A DNA stretch of 64,000 nucleotides, from NCBI RefSeq assembly GCF_030028105.1, contig NC_092387.1, positions 20,221,590-20,285,589 on the forward strand, read 5' to 3'. The stretch's first letter is position 1. Each line of letters opens with the position of its first letter. Of the stretch, positions 50,301 through 60,370 are shown one piece after another. Both the position numbers and the translations under genes were made by a program. This DNA comes from Mobula birostris. Lineage: Eukaryota. The notes beneath the pieces are model-generated. The model ran no database searches and was not told the DNA's origin. It saw only the letters and a program-made list of their open reading frames with translations.

Positions 50301-53300
50301 GATTTTCTGCCCAGTGTTAATCCCTCAGCCCAGAGAGGTTCTGGAATAATGCAGGTCATCAGCCCTGAATAGAACTAAAACATAAAGAAATTTTATCCCT
50401 TTCTCTCATTAATGCTTTGCATTGGTTCAGCAAGTATTAAGTTTTGCAAGGCACAAAGAATAAGCAGCTTCACCATGTAGATCAGGTACAAATGACCTAC
50501 CATTTAAACCACTTGCTGTACTTCTGTAGGAAGGAACTCACAGGCGCGAAGAAATTCATGATCTGTTCCCCCAGCAACTTTTTCACAAGCTCGTAAACCG
50601 TAAAGAAAACCACTATGCACGTCATGATGAGGAGGGCGAGAGCTCGCTGAAGATTAAGGATGCATGCGGCGATGAGAAACCCCAAAAAGGCTGCGTTAGG
50701 AGGAAACAAACAAATGGTCAGCTAATTTTAATTTCATTTATTGGGTAATAGATTGATATAACAGGCAAAAATATTGCAATGGAGACAAACGTTGGACTAG
50801 GCGAGGTAGAAGAGTACTTTTAATTAGACAAAGGATTTGGACGTCACTAGTAATACCAGCATTTCACAGTTCAAAGTACATTTACTATCAAAGTACATAT
50901 ATGTCACCATATAGAACCCGGACATTAATTTTCTTACGGGCATATTCAATAGATCCAATAATCAGAACAGGATCAGTGAAAGACCACACCAACAGGGCGG
51001 ACAGCCAATGTGCAAAAGACAACAAACTGTGCAAATACAAAAAAGAAAAGAATAGAAATAATAATAATAATAATAGCTTTAAATAATAGCATTGAACAAT
51101 TAGGCCTACACAGCAATATTTATGTAAATATCCAGAAAGCCACAATACTAAACAACACTAGAATAGTCCGAAAGTTCCTAGCAGTTGAAAATGAGTGTGA
51201 TTGGCTATGCCCATACCTAAGGTTTTCCCAGCTAGAGCTGAGAAAAAGTACAAATAATAATAATAAATAAATAAGCAATAAGTATCAAGAACAGGAGATG
51301 AAGAGTCCCTAAAAGTGAGTCCATAGATTGTGGGAGCAGTTTAGTGATTGGGCAAGTGAAGCTAAGTGAAGTTACCCCTCTGGTTCAACAGCCTGAGAGT
51401 TAAGAGGTAAGAATTGTTCCTGAACCTGGGTGGTGGGGGTTCCTGAGAGTGGATGCTGCTTTCCTGTGACAGCGGGCCATGTAGATGTGCTCAGTGGTGG
51501 TATTGGCATTGATACAGGTTTTTATTGTCACATGTGCAGAATTACAGTAAGAAGCTTAGTTTTAAAAGCCATCCAGACAGATCATTTCAAAACAAAAGTT
51601 CTTAGAAACATATAAATTACAGAATGCATACCATAGTGTTACCGTTAGCGAGAACGTGCAATGCTGGTAGATAATAAGGTACAAGGGTCATAATGAGGCT
51701 GATTGTTAGATTAAGACTTTATCTTCAATATACAAGATGGGAGAGATGCTGTCTTTGAGTCTGGTGATGTATGTTTTCAAGATTTTGTATCTTCTGCCTG
51801 ATAAGAGGGGTAGAAAATGTTCGGGTGGGAGGGATCTCTGACTGCTTTTCTGAGACAGTGAGAAGTGTTGACAGAATCTGTGGAGAGGAGGCTGGTTTTC
51901 ACAGTGGATTGAGCTGTGTCCACAATCCTTAATCGCTCATAAGCTGATGAGGCGGTTAGAAGTCAGGTACATTGTTAGGTCTGGAGTTATATGTAGGCCA
52001 GACCTAGTAAGGATGGGAAATTTCCTCTCCAGAGATGTATGGATAGGTTACTAGGTCATTGTAAAATACCCTCTCGGTGTTGCTAATTGGCAGAAGAATC
52101 CGAGGGGAGGTGAAGGTTATATAAAAGAGGGTAAGTTTCAGGAATACAGGTAGGAAAGGAGAGTGGGAATGGGCCTGATGAGATTACTCTGCAGGGAGTT
52201 GGCAAGCGGCAAAATTACCAAATGCAGTCCTTCTGCATTGTACTAAATAAAAGACAGACAGCTTCCATACTGGGAGAGAACAGCCAGTGGAGTTTTGGGG
52301 ACCAAATGAGATGCGGGCGGGTGATTTTAAACAGATCATAACCCCAGTGAACTGGATAAAGTTTACAACAGTCCAGAAGCTTTAATACTCCTGTTACTGA
52401 ATCTGGGTGTTTATAAATTCCTGATGTTCGTAATTAAAAGGCAACGTGAAGAAAGGCTGTGTTTTGTCACCTTATTAAAATCTGGAAGAATCAAGAGTGG
52501 CATTCCAAAGGGAATTGGGTATATACTTGAAGAATTTGCAGCAGAGTGGAGAAAGGGAGGGAACATGAGACAATTGATAGCGTTGTTAGAGAGCCAGAAC
52601 AGTAATGATGGTCTCTGATTCATGATTTGAATACCAGGTGTTTCCACAAATGGTTCTGGAGATGATATGGAATAAAGGCCTAAAGTGTCCTTACTGACCT
52701 AGAGAAGATCAAAGTTAATTGATATATTTAAATCACCTGCATATCCCTCTAGGTCCTGCTTATTTTTGATTTAGTACAATGCAGAAGGAGTACATTTGCC
52801 TTGTTGGGCCCTTGCCAACTCCCTGAAGAACAATCCCATTACTCCCAATCCCACTCTCCTTTCTTGCCTATATCCCTGAATCTTATTCTCTTTCACAACT
52901 CCTCTCAGGTTCTCTTGCCACTTAGCAACACAAAGGGATATTTTACAAGTGGCTTAAGCTGCCAGAACATCCTTGGTACGTGGGAGGAAACTAGAGCACC
53001 CAAGGGATCTATGAAGATTGATACTGAGATCCTCACTGGTTGTTGGATGTGAATGTAGGAGATATAGTTTTCAACCACAGAACAATAGACAGAAAACGGA
53101 AAGAGGCCCTACACAGTGAGTATATAGAGTTAGGAAAGAGGCTAAAGAGAAAGGTAGTAATTTCTGGATTACTCCTGGTGGCGTGGGTTAGTGCGGGTTG
53201 GAATGGGGTGATAGCATGGATGAATGAGTGGCTGAGGAAATGGTTCAGGGGACAGGGATTCAGGTTCTACGATCAATGGAACTTTTTCTGGGGAAGGGGT

Positions 53301-56300
53301 GCCCTGTGCAAGAGGGCCAGGTTGCACATGAAATGACGGAGAACCAATATCCTGGCCGGGAAGATTGCTAATGCTACTCGGGAGAGTTTAAATTAGTTTT
53401 TCAGGGGGCTGGGAACTGGAGCACCAGGTCAGTGAGGGAAGGATCAGACTGAAAGGTAGATGTCTGGGAAAGTATTAAAATACCAGATATGATAGGTCAG
53501 ATAGTCTGATGTGTGCTAGGAGTATTATGGATAAAGGAGATGAACTTAGAGCATGGATCAGTACATGGTACTACAATACTGTAGCCATTACTGAAACTTG
53601 GTTGAGAGAGGGGCAGGAATGGGTGATTAATGTACCAAGTTTTTGAAGTTTTAGGAAAGATAGAGAAGGAGGTAAAAGGGGTGGGGGGATTTGCACTAGT
53701 AATCAGGGTCAATATCACAATTGCATTCACGGAAGACATAATGGAGGGGCCAGACACTGAGTCCATTTTGGTAGAACTCAGGAATAGGAAGGGTGCAATC
53801 ACACTAGTGGGATTGTACTATAGACCTCCCTCCCCTCTGTCCCCCATAGCCACTGGGACATTGAGGAACAGATATGTAATCAGATTAAAGAAATGTGTAA
53901 TAATAATAAAGATGTATAATGGGGGATTTCAACCTTCCTAATATAAACTGGGACCTTCTTAGTGCAAGGGGTTTAGATGGGGTAGAATTTGTTAAGTGTA
54001 CCCAGGAAAGTTTCCTAAATCAATATGTAGATGGTCCAACGAGAGGAGGGGCTGTACTGGGCCTGGTGTTGGGTAATGAGCCTGACCAGGTGACTGATCT
54101 TTCTGTGGGTGAACAGGGAGTGAGCAGAGACAACATTTCCTTAACTTTCAGGATAACTATAGATAAGGATAGGTATAGTCCTTGCAGGAGAGTTTTAAGT
54201 TGGGGTAGGGAAAATTATGAGGGCATTTGGCAGGAACTAAGAAGCGTTCATTGGGAAAACCTTTTTTCTGGCATGTCCACGTCAGACATGTGGAGGGTGC
54301 TTAAAGATCAATTGCACAGATTACAGGAAAGGTATGTTCCTGTTAGAAGGAAGGACAGGGATGGAAAGATTAGAAAACCTTGGATGTCCAGAGAATCAAA
54401 AAGTCTTTTTCTTTTTAGTCAAAAAGAAAAAGGAAAACTATGTAAAGCTTTAGAAGTTAGGATCAAACAAAGCACACGAGGAGCATAAAGATGCCAGAAA
54501 AGAACTAAAGAGGGGAAGTAGGAAAATCAGGAAGGGCCATGAAAAGTCCTTGGCAGGTAGGATTAAGGTGAACGTCAAAGTATTCTATACATATATCAAG
54601 AGCAAAAGGATAACTAAGGACAGGGTAGGGCCACTCAAGGATAAAGGAGGCAGAACATTTGCTTGGATGAGGAGAATGGGAGTGAGGTACTAAACGAGTA
54701 CTTTGCTTCAGTATTTACCAAGGAAAAGGATATGGAGGGACCAGAGATCAGTCATGAGTGTATATGTTAGGGTGTTGAAGAAGACAAAAAGAAGGAAGTG
54801 TTGGGCCCCCTAATGAGTATTAAGGTGGATAAGCCCTTAGTGCCTGATGGAATTTACCCCAGGTTATTGAAGAAGGCAAGAGACAAGATTGCTGGGTCTT
54901 TGACCGCTATCTTTGTGTCGTCTCTGGCCACAGGTGAGGTCCTGTTGTACTTCTATTTAAGAAGGAAAGAAGGAAAAGTCATGAGAACTCTAGACTGATG
55001 AGTCTTATGTCAGTTGAAAGGAAATTGCTGGAGAAAATACTTAGGGATAGGATATATGAGCATTTGGAAACCCATAGCCTAATGAGGGAGAAGACAGCAT
55101 GGCTTTTTGTGGGGCAGGTCGTGCCTTACCAACCTTAATGAGTTATGAGTTTTTTGTTAAGGTGGTGAGAAAGATTGATGAGGGTAGGGCAGTGGATGTT
55201 GTCTACGTGGATTTTAGTGAAATGTTTGACAAAGTCCCTCATGGGAGGCTAATCCAGAAGATTAAGGTGCATGGGGTCCATGGCAAATTGGCTGCTTGGA
55301 TTCAGAACTGGCTTGCACGTAGAAGACAAAGGGTAGTGGTTGAAGGGACTTATTTGAGCTGGAGGTCTGTAATTAGTGGATCTGTGCTGGGACCTCTGTT
55401 GCTTGTAACGTATATAAATGACCTGAATGAAAATGTAGATGGGTGGGTTAGTAAATTTGCGGATGATACCAAGATTGATGGAGTTGTGGACAGTGTAGAA
55501 GACTGGCTTCAAATATAGTGTGATATAGATCAGTTGCAGATATGGGCAGATAAATGGCAGATGGAGGTGAACCCAGGGAAATGTGAAGTGTTGCACCTTG
55601 GTAGGGCAAATGCAAGGAGACAGTACACTGTTAAGGGCAAGATCCTTAGTGGTATTGCTGAGCAGGGAGATCTTGGGATCCAAGTTCATAGCTCCTTGAA
55701 TGTGGGTACAAAGGTCGACAAGGTGGTTAAGAAGGATTATGGAACAATGAAGGGTCTCGGCCCGAAACGTTGGTTGTTTACTCTTTTTCATAGATGTTGC
55801 TTGGCCTGCTGAGTTCCTCCCGTATTTTGTGTGTGTTGCCTGGATTTCCAGCATCTGCAGATTTTCTCTTGTTTGTGATAGGAGGTAGAAAAGGGAGGTG
55901 CAGGATGAAGTTTCTCCCATTAGTCAAGAGGTTGTGCTGCAAACTTATAAAACTCTGGTTCAGCCACATCTGGAGTATTGCGTACAGTCTGGTTACCCTA
56001 CTACAAGAAGGACGTTGAAGCTTTGGAGAGGGGTGCAGAAGATGGTTATCAGGATGCTGGCTGGTTTAGAGGGCACGTGCTATCATGCGAGACTGGATGA
56101 ACTTGGGTTGTTTTATCTGGAGTGTCAGAGGCTGAGGGGAGATCTGACAGAGGTTTATAAGATTATGAGAGGCAATGATAGAGTAGACAGGGAGTATCTG
56201 TTTCCCGGGGCTGAGGTGTCTAATACTACAAGTACCTAACTTAGAATCACCTGTACTTATGTGACTTTCACTTTTGACTTTGATTAACGACTTTCCATGA

Positions 56301-58630
56301 TCTTATTAAATTTAATAGTCCAAGAAACATACAGTGCATACTATATGGTGGTACCTAAGAATAGCAGAATCAGTTTCTTCTCTCCACTTTTAGTAATTGT
56401 TCTTCCTTATCAGCTACTTTTGATGCAGTTCACTATAACATGTGGAGCTGAGTTGTCACATTGAGTGACTTCTGTGTACTTTTTGGCTCACAGACTAAGT
56501 TGACTTAGGGACATGCATAGATAGGTGTGAGGTGATACATTTTGGAAAGCCAAATGAGGGTTGGACATTCACAGGGAATAGTAGAGCCCTGAAGAGTGTT
56601 GTTGGACAGGGGGACTAGGAACAGGAGTGCATGATTCTCTGAAAGTTGTGAAGCAGGTAGACAGGGAGGTGAAGAAGGCTTTTGGTACGCAGGCCTTCAT
56701 CAGTCAGGGTACTGAGCATACAAATTGGGGTATTATGTTGCAGTTGCACAGGATATTGGTGAGACTGCCTTGAAGTATTGTGTTGGGTTTTGGTTACCTT
56801 CCTACAGGAAAGATAGCATGAAGCTGGAAAGACTGCTCAGGAGATGCCAAGAAGGCCCACCAGCGCCTTTACTTCCTGAGGAAACTAAAGAAATTTGGCC
56901 TGTCCCCTAAAACCCTCACTAATTTTTATAGATGCACCATAGAAAGCATTCTTCTAGGGTGCATCACAACCTGGTATGGAAGTTGTCCTGTCCAAGGCGG
57001 AAAGAAGCTGCAGAAGATCGTGAACACGGTGCAGCACATCACACACAACCAATCTTCCGTCAGTGGACTCACTTTACACCGCACGCTCTCAGATCAGTGC
57101 TGCCAGGATAATCAAGGGCACGACTCACCCAGTCAACAGACTTTTCATCCCTCTTCCCTCCGGGAGAAGGCTCAGGAGCTTGAAGACTCATATGGCCAGA
57201 TTTGGGAACAGCTTCTTTCCAACTGTGATAAGACTGCTGAACGGATCCTGATCCCGATCTGGGCCGTACCCTCCAAATATCCGGACCTGCCTCTTGGTTT
57301 TTTTGCACTACCTTACTTCCCATTTTTCTATTTTCTATTTATGATTTATAATTTAAATTTTTAATATTTACTAATTTTAACTATTTTTAGTATTTTAATA
57401 TTTAATATTTGTCATCCAGGGAGTGTGAAATGCAGAATCAAATAACGCTGTGACGATTGTACGTTCCAGTACCAATTGTTTGGCGACAATAAAGTATAAA
57501 GTATGTACAAGGATGTTGCTGGGACACGAGGAACTGAGTCATAGAGAGAGGTAGAGCAAGTTGGGACTTTAATCACTGAAGTGCAGGAGAATGAGGGATG
57601 ATCTTATGGAATTGCATAAATTATGAGGGGTATGGATAGGGTGAATACACACAATCTTGTTCCCAGGGTTGGGGAATCAAGAGCTAGAGGGCCGAGGTTT
57701 AGGGAGAGAAGAGTAAGATTTAATTGGAACTGAGGGGAAAAATCTCTCACCTGGAGTTTGAATGAACTGCCAGAGGAAGTAGTTCAGGCAGGTGCATTAA
57801 AAACATTTAAAAGGCACTTGAGAGCAGATATGTGAATAGGAAAGGTTTAGAGGGATATGGACTACATGCTGGTAAATGGGACTAGGTCAGATTGGAATCT
57901 TGGCCAACACGAGGGGCCGAAAGACCTCTTCCCATCCTCTATGACTTCATGACATCTGTAAAGGTGGAGCTAATTTATTTCCCAGGAAGACCCCACAGTT
58001 GAAAACCTTCCCACATAGCATAACGTATAAGGAAAGGAGGAAGAGTGGGTCTGAGGAAGAATTTTTAGGACAATACTGGCTGGGTGGAAGGTAGAGGCAG
58101 GTACGCCCACTGCATTTAAAAATATGTGGTCAAGCAACTGAATCACCAGGGCACAAATATTACAAATCAGATGCAGATAAGTGGAATTAATATGGATAGG
58201 CGCACGATAGTCAGCATGGACTTGATAAGTCAAAGGGCCTGGTTCTCTATTGTATGACTGACACACACAGAGGTTGAGTGTGAGTCAGAGCTATACAGTG
58301 CAGAATCAGGCCCTGTGACACCAGTCCACACATTGGTTTTTCATTCCAACGTGTCCCATGGGCTGGAATTTTGATCCCAGTCTGGGGCAGGTTATCCTGG
58401 TAAAGGTCTGAAGGTTGTACAGAATACAACTGGAAGGGTCGCTCGCAGCTCACCTGCGGGAGCAGGATTTGAACTCAGGACACACATGTGACTGATGCTG
58501 CACTACACCAGCCAGCTTTACCTGATAGTTACTGTTACCTGCACTCAACAAGCCGAGGATCAATCGTTTAATCATTGTGGAGTGGGTGTTGTATGCCAAC
58601 TTTACTGTAGAAGCACCCTGGATTATTTTT
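14252..58630 (-). CDS. slc28a1: Sodium/nucleoside cotransporter (concentrative nucleoside transporter), SLC28A1/SLC28A2 clade; 15 coding exons in window, 5' exons outside window
   Basis: The spliced exons give an open 607-codon frame with CNT motifs ([61 protein letters not shown]). [16 protein letters not shown] and the C-terminal CC..YNN match CNT1/2 rather than CNT3. A1 vs A2 orthology cannot be resolved without synteny, so the symbol is tentative. Confidence 0.95.
15403..16270 (-). mobile_element. Young 5'-truncated CR1 LINE
   Basis: Open ORF 15656-16222 with [32 protein letters not shown]; CR1 3' tail. Confidence 0.93.
16508..17250 (+). mobile_element. Penelope-like element 3' part (GIY-YIG remnant + pLTR, degenerate hammerhead 17167-17198)
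   Basis: [39 protein letters not shown]. Confidence 0.8.
17521..17632 (-). CDS. slc28a1: SLC28A1/2 exon (112 bp) [36 protein letters not shown]
   Basis: ttgtag / gtgagt; extracellular tail with C and CC and N-glycosylation sequons (NSS, NGT). Confidence 0.93.
18351..18449 (-). CDS. slc28a1: SLC28A1/2 exon (99 bp) [32 protein letters not shown]
   Basis: ctgcag / gtattc. Confidence 0.95.
18570..18710 (-). mobile_element. DeuSINE-like fragment interrupted by a Penelope-like insertion
   Basis: Reverse complement of the Deu-domain cctggccaatatttatccctc. Confidence 0.65.
18712..19165 (+). mobile_element. Penelope-like 3' end with hammerhead motif 19063-19100
   Basis: [16 protein letters not shown] end; cagtcCTGATGAggggtcgtggcctGAAAtgctgactg. 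Confidence 0.8.
19590..20055 (+). mobile_element. CR1 3' fragment
   Basis: Homologous to 41700-42146 and 44865-45270. Confidence 0.8.
20645..21388 (+). mobile_element. 5'-truncated CR1 LINE
   Basis: [30 protein letters not shown]; (ttctatg)n tail. Confidence 0.85.
22155..22345 (+). mobile_element. DeuSINE-like (SacSINE1) Deu-domain fragment
   Basis: ggatgaga...gatcccatgacact...gagcagagagtttctcctggtatcttggccaacatt. Confidence 0.65.
22847..22928 (-). CDS. slc28a1: SLC28A1/2 exon (82 bp) [27 protein letters not shown]
   Basis: ttgtag / gtaagt; ALCGFAN motif. Confidence 0.97.
22986..23064. mobile_element. ~80-bp hAT (Charlie/Buster-type) MITE
   Basis: CAGGGGTTCCCAAC TIR and degenerate inverse; degenerate nnnTAnnn flanks. 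Confidence 0.75.
23750..24600 (+). mobile_element. Nested Rex1/Babar-related 3' fragments
   Basis: [25 protein letters not shown] inside a second Rex-type tail. Confidence 0.7.
24856..25053 (-). CDS. slc28a1: SLC28A1/2 exon (198 bp) NICSYIFMP...[12 protein letters not shown]...RKQWIS
   Basis: atgcag / gtgagt; CNT signature GxKxxxNEFVAY. Confidence 0.97.
25937..26200 (+). mobile_element. V-SINE/HE1-like SINE
   Basis: gggcagcatggtagggtag head, V-domain, (taaa)n tail. Confidence 0.8.
26580..27375 (+). mobile_element. Degenerate 5'-truncated CR1 LINE (hosts hAT MITE)
   Basis: CR1 ORF2 C-terminus and 3' tail. Confidence 0.8.
27089..27168. mobile_element. 80-bp hAT MITE
   Basis: Perfect TIR CAGGGGTTCCCAACCT / AGGTTGGGAACCCCTG; 8-bp TSD acctaaag/ccctaaag. 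Confidence 0.9.
27545..27713 (-). CDS. slc28a1: SLC28A1/2 exon (169 bp) [32 protein letters not shown]...PQLSFQ
   Basis: cttcag / gtatgg. Confidence 0.96.
28720..31430 (-). mobile_element. RTE-clade LINE, 5' end retained, 3'-truncated (APE endonuclease + RT)
   Basis: Single-ORF layout; 522-aa open stretch with GIQEHR, DFNAQVG, QLDYILV; then [23 protein letters not shown]. Confidence 0.9.
31639..31895 (-). mobile_element. 5'-truncated L1-like 3'UTR fragment
   Basis: 11-bp TSD ggtttaatgtc (31628-38 / 31896-906); 3' end matches that of the L1 at 61221-62811. Confidence 0.8.
32027..32157 (-). CDS. slc28a1: SLC28A1/2 exon (131 bp) [43 protein letters not shown]
   Basis: ttccag / gtatgt. Confidence 0.96.
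33925..34050 (-). CDS. slc28a1: SLC28A1/2 exon (126 bp) [42 protein letters not shown]
   Basis: tttcag / gtaagt. Confidence 0.96.
34940..35565 (-). mobile_element. Non-autonomous LINE-tailed retroelement inside Gypsy gag; 3' fragment also at 17760-17885 (+)
   Basis: 3' hairpin gaggac-gcgca-gtcctc and (aatct)n tail shared by both copies. Confidence 0.65.
36059..36505 (-). mobile_element. 5'-truncated Rex/Babar-type LINE inside Gypsy pol
   Basis: [26 protein letters not shown]; (gactat)n tail. Confidence 0.8.
37586..42164 (+). mobile_element. Sushi/Ty3-type (PEG10-related) LTR retrotransposon nested in Gypsy RNase H; LTRs 37586-37858 and ~41110-42164 (split by CR1)
   Basis: MDPAG gag, [63 protein letters not shown]; both LTRs end in ggactctcgtcaca; integrase core deleted. 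Confidence 0.92.
41390..42146 (+). mobile_element. 5'-truncated CR1 inside the sushi 3' LTR
   Basis: [22 protein letters not shown]; (ttatggtc)n tail. Confidence 0.9.
43339..43419 (-). CDS. slc28a1: SLC28A1/2 exon (81 bp) [27 protein letters not shown]
   Basis: tttcag / gtaggt; HP1 motif NIFVGQ. Confidence 0.96.
43727..43807 (-). CDS. slc28a1: SLC28A1/2 exon (81 bp) [27 protein letters not shown]
   Basis: ccacag / gtagta; LPIIVFFS motif. Confidence 0.95.
44865..45270 (+). mobile_element. CR1 3' fragment
   Basis: Same subfamily tail as 41390-42146. Confidence 0.8.
45369..45416. mobile_element. Truncated hAT MITE copy
   Basis: caggggttcccaaactttttta tgccatggacccctaccatt. Confidence 0.7.
46309..46386 (-). 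CDS. slc28a1: SLC28A1/2 exon (78 bp) [26 protein letters not shown]
   Basis: ttgcag / gtcagt; AGSSF..FAFQ motif. Confidence 0.95.
46962..47333 (+). mobile_element. Short non-autonomous RTE-related retroelement; 3' fragment also at ~32972-33064
   Basis: gaaggcaatggcaaaccact RTE/BovB-type motif, (tga)n tail, 11-bp TSD attgtcttact/attgtctgact. Confidence 0.75.
47642..47755 (-). CDS. slc28a1: SLC28A1/2 exon (114 bp) [38 protein letters not shown]
   Basis: cccag / gtgaga; GLGLQF..IRTEPG motif. Confidence 0.95.
49025..49500 (+). mobile_element. CR1 3' fragment
   Basis: Homologous to other CR1 3' ends in the window. Confidence 0.75.
49881..50022 (-). CDS. slc28a1: SLC28A1/2 exon (142 bp) [30 protein letters not shown]...KPLA
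   Basis: tgccag / gtgagt; DTxxRPEQL motif. Confidence 0.95.
50145..50335 (+). mobile_element. DeuSINE-like SINE in the 478-bp intron
   Basis: ggtcgtgggttcga B box, tctaggct, ctgcactgttgga, ggatgag, ttaatccctcagcc. Confidence 0.6.
50501..50690 (-). CDS. slc28a1: SLC28A1/2 exon (190 bp) [21 protein letters not shown]...SKWFKW
   Basis: aacgcag / gtaggt; ACILNxQRALAL motif. Confidence 0.95.
51076..51252 (+). mobile_element. Dong/R4-clade non-LTR 3' fragment inserted in (TAA)n
   Basis: Encodes ..[17 protein letters not shown] (R4-type C-terminus); (aat)n on both sides, inside a Rex-type tail (50866-51500, -). Confidence 0.7.
53085..56235 (+). mobile_element. Near full-length degenerate CR1 LINE (ORF1 esterase C-part, APE, RT)
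   Basis: [20 protein letters not shown]; ITETW, YYRPP, GDFNLP; FDKVPH, SKFADD. Confidence 0.92.
55748..55878 (+). mobile_element. Penelope-like pLTR fragment (5'-clipped hammerhead) in CR1
   Basis: aTGAagggtctcggcccGAAAcgtt plus shared tail. Confidence 0.75.
56843..57503 (+). mobile_element. 5'-truncated Rex1/Babar LINE inside a CR1 (56520-57950)
   Basis: [34 protein letters not shown]. Confidence 0.85.
58539..58630 (-). CDS. slc28a1: SLC28A1/2 exon (92 bp) [30 protein letters not shown]
   Basis: ttttgcag acceptor, gtaaca donor; phase joins the next exon (G+CC=Ala); resembles the CNT pre-TM1 segment. Confidence 0.85.
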
Positions 58631-58663
58631 CTGCAAAAGACAAGCACATAAACTTTCAACTCA

Positions 58664-60370
58664 AGAGAGTCTGCAGATGCTGCAAACCCAGAGCAACGCA
58701 CACGAAAAGGAGGATCTCTGCAGATCAGGCAGTAACTATGGAAATAAATAAATAGTCGACGTTTCAGGCCAAGCCCCTCCATCAGGACTGGAAAAAGAGA
58801 GGGTAAAAGCTGGAATAAGGAAGTGGGGGGAGGGGACAGAGTACAAGCTAGAAGGTGACAGGTGAAGACTGGTGGAGGAGGATGTAGTAAGAAGCTGGGA
58901 GGTAGAAAAGGCAAAGGGCTGGAGAAGAAGGAATCTGATAGGAGAGGAGAGTGGGCCATGGGAGAAAGAAAATGGGGAGGGGGCACCTGGGTGTAGGTGA
59001 TAGGCAGGCTGTGTCATAGTCTGGTATGGAAACACCAATGTACTTGATTAGAAAATCCTACAAAAAGTAGTGTTTTTCCCAGTCCAATATGGGTAAAGCC
59101 CTCCCCACTATTGAGCACATCTACCCCAAGTGTTTTTTCAGGAAAGCAGCATCTATTATCAGGAACCCCACCACCCAGGCCATGCTCTCTTCTCACTGCT
59201 GCCATCAGGAAGAAGATACAGGAGCCTCAGGACGCACACCACCAAGTTCAGGAGCATTTACTACCCCTCAATCATCAGGCTGTTGAACCAGAGGGGATAA
59301 CTTCACTCAGCTTCACTCGCCCCATTACTGAACCGTTCCCACAATGTCTGGACACACTTTTAAGGACTCTTCATCTCATGTTCTCAATATTTATTGCTTA
59401 TTTATTATTATTATTATTATTTCTTTTTTAATTTTTGTATTTGCACAGTTTGCTCTCTTTTGCACATTGGCTGTCCACCCTGTTGGTGTGGTCTTTCATT
59501 GATATTCTTATGGTTATTGGATCTATTGAGTATGCCCACAAGAAAATGAATCTCGGGGTTGTATATAGATATATTCTGCATGTACTTTGATAATAAGCTT
59601 ACTTTGTACTTTGAGGAGAAGAGAAGAGATGGGGGGGGTGCTGGAGTGAGGAACTGAAGAAAAGAGAAAGGATGAGGGGGGAAAATCACCATAAGTTGGA
59701 GATATTGGTGTTGATGCCATAAGGTTTGAGGCTCCTCAGGAAGAATACGAGGTGTTGTTCTTCCAAACTGAGAACAACCTCCATGTGGTAGTACAGGAGG
59801 ACATGGACCGATATGGGAATGGGGATTGGAGTTGGAATAGTTGCCTACTGGGAAATTTTGCTTTTTGCAGATAGAGCAAATGTGCTCAACAAGGCAGTCC
59901 CCCAATCTACGCAGGGTCTCACCAATGTAGAGGAGACTGCATTGGGAGCACCAGATACAGTAGATGACCCCAACACATTTGCAGGTGAAGTGTTGCCTCA
60001 CCTGGAAAGACCGTTTGGGTCTGAATGGAGGTGAGGGAGGAGGTGAATGGGCAGGTGTTGCACTTATTTGGCAGGGTTAAGTGCCAGCAGGGAGAATAGT
60101 GGGGAGGGACGAATGTACATTGGAATCATGGAGTGGGTGATCCCTGTGGAAAGTGAAGAGTGGGAGGGGTGAGGTAATGATGTGTTTGGTGGTAGGATCC
60201 TGTTGAAGATGGCAGAAGTTGTGGAGGATGATGTGGAGGCTCATGGGGTGGTAGGTGAGGACAAGAGGAACTATATCACTGTTAAGGCAACAGGAAGATA
60301 GGATGAGGGTGGATGTCCAGGAAATGGAAGAGATGTGGGTGAGGGCAGCATCAATGGTGGAAGGGAAACT
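58664..60370 (-). mobile_element. Penelope-like element, left arm of inverted pair (Rex-type insertion ~58995-59620); hammerhead 58753-58790
   Basis: PLVLTYHP; RQHFTC..VIYCIWCSQCSLLYIGETLRRLG (GIY-YIG). Confidence 0.88.
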
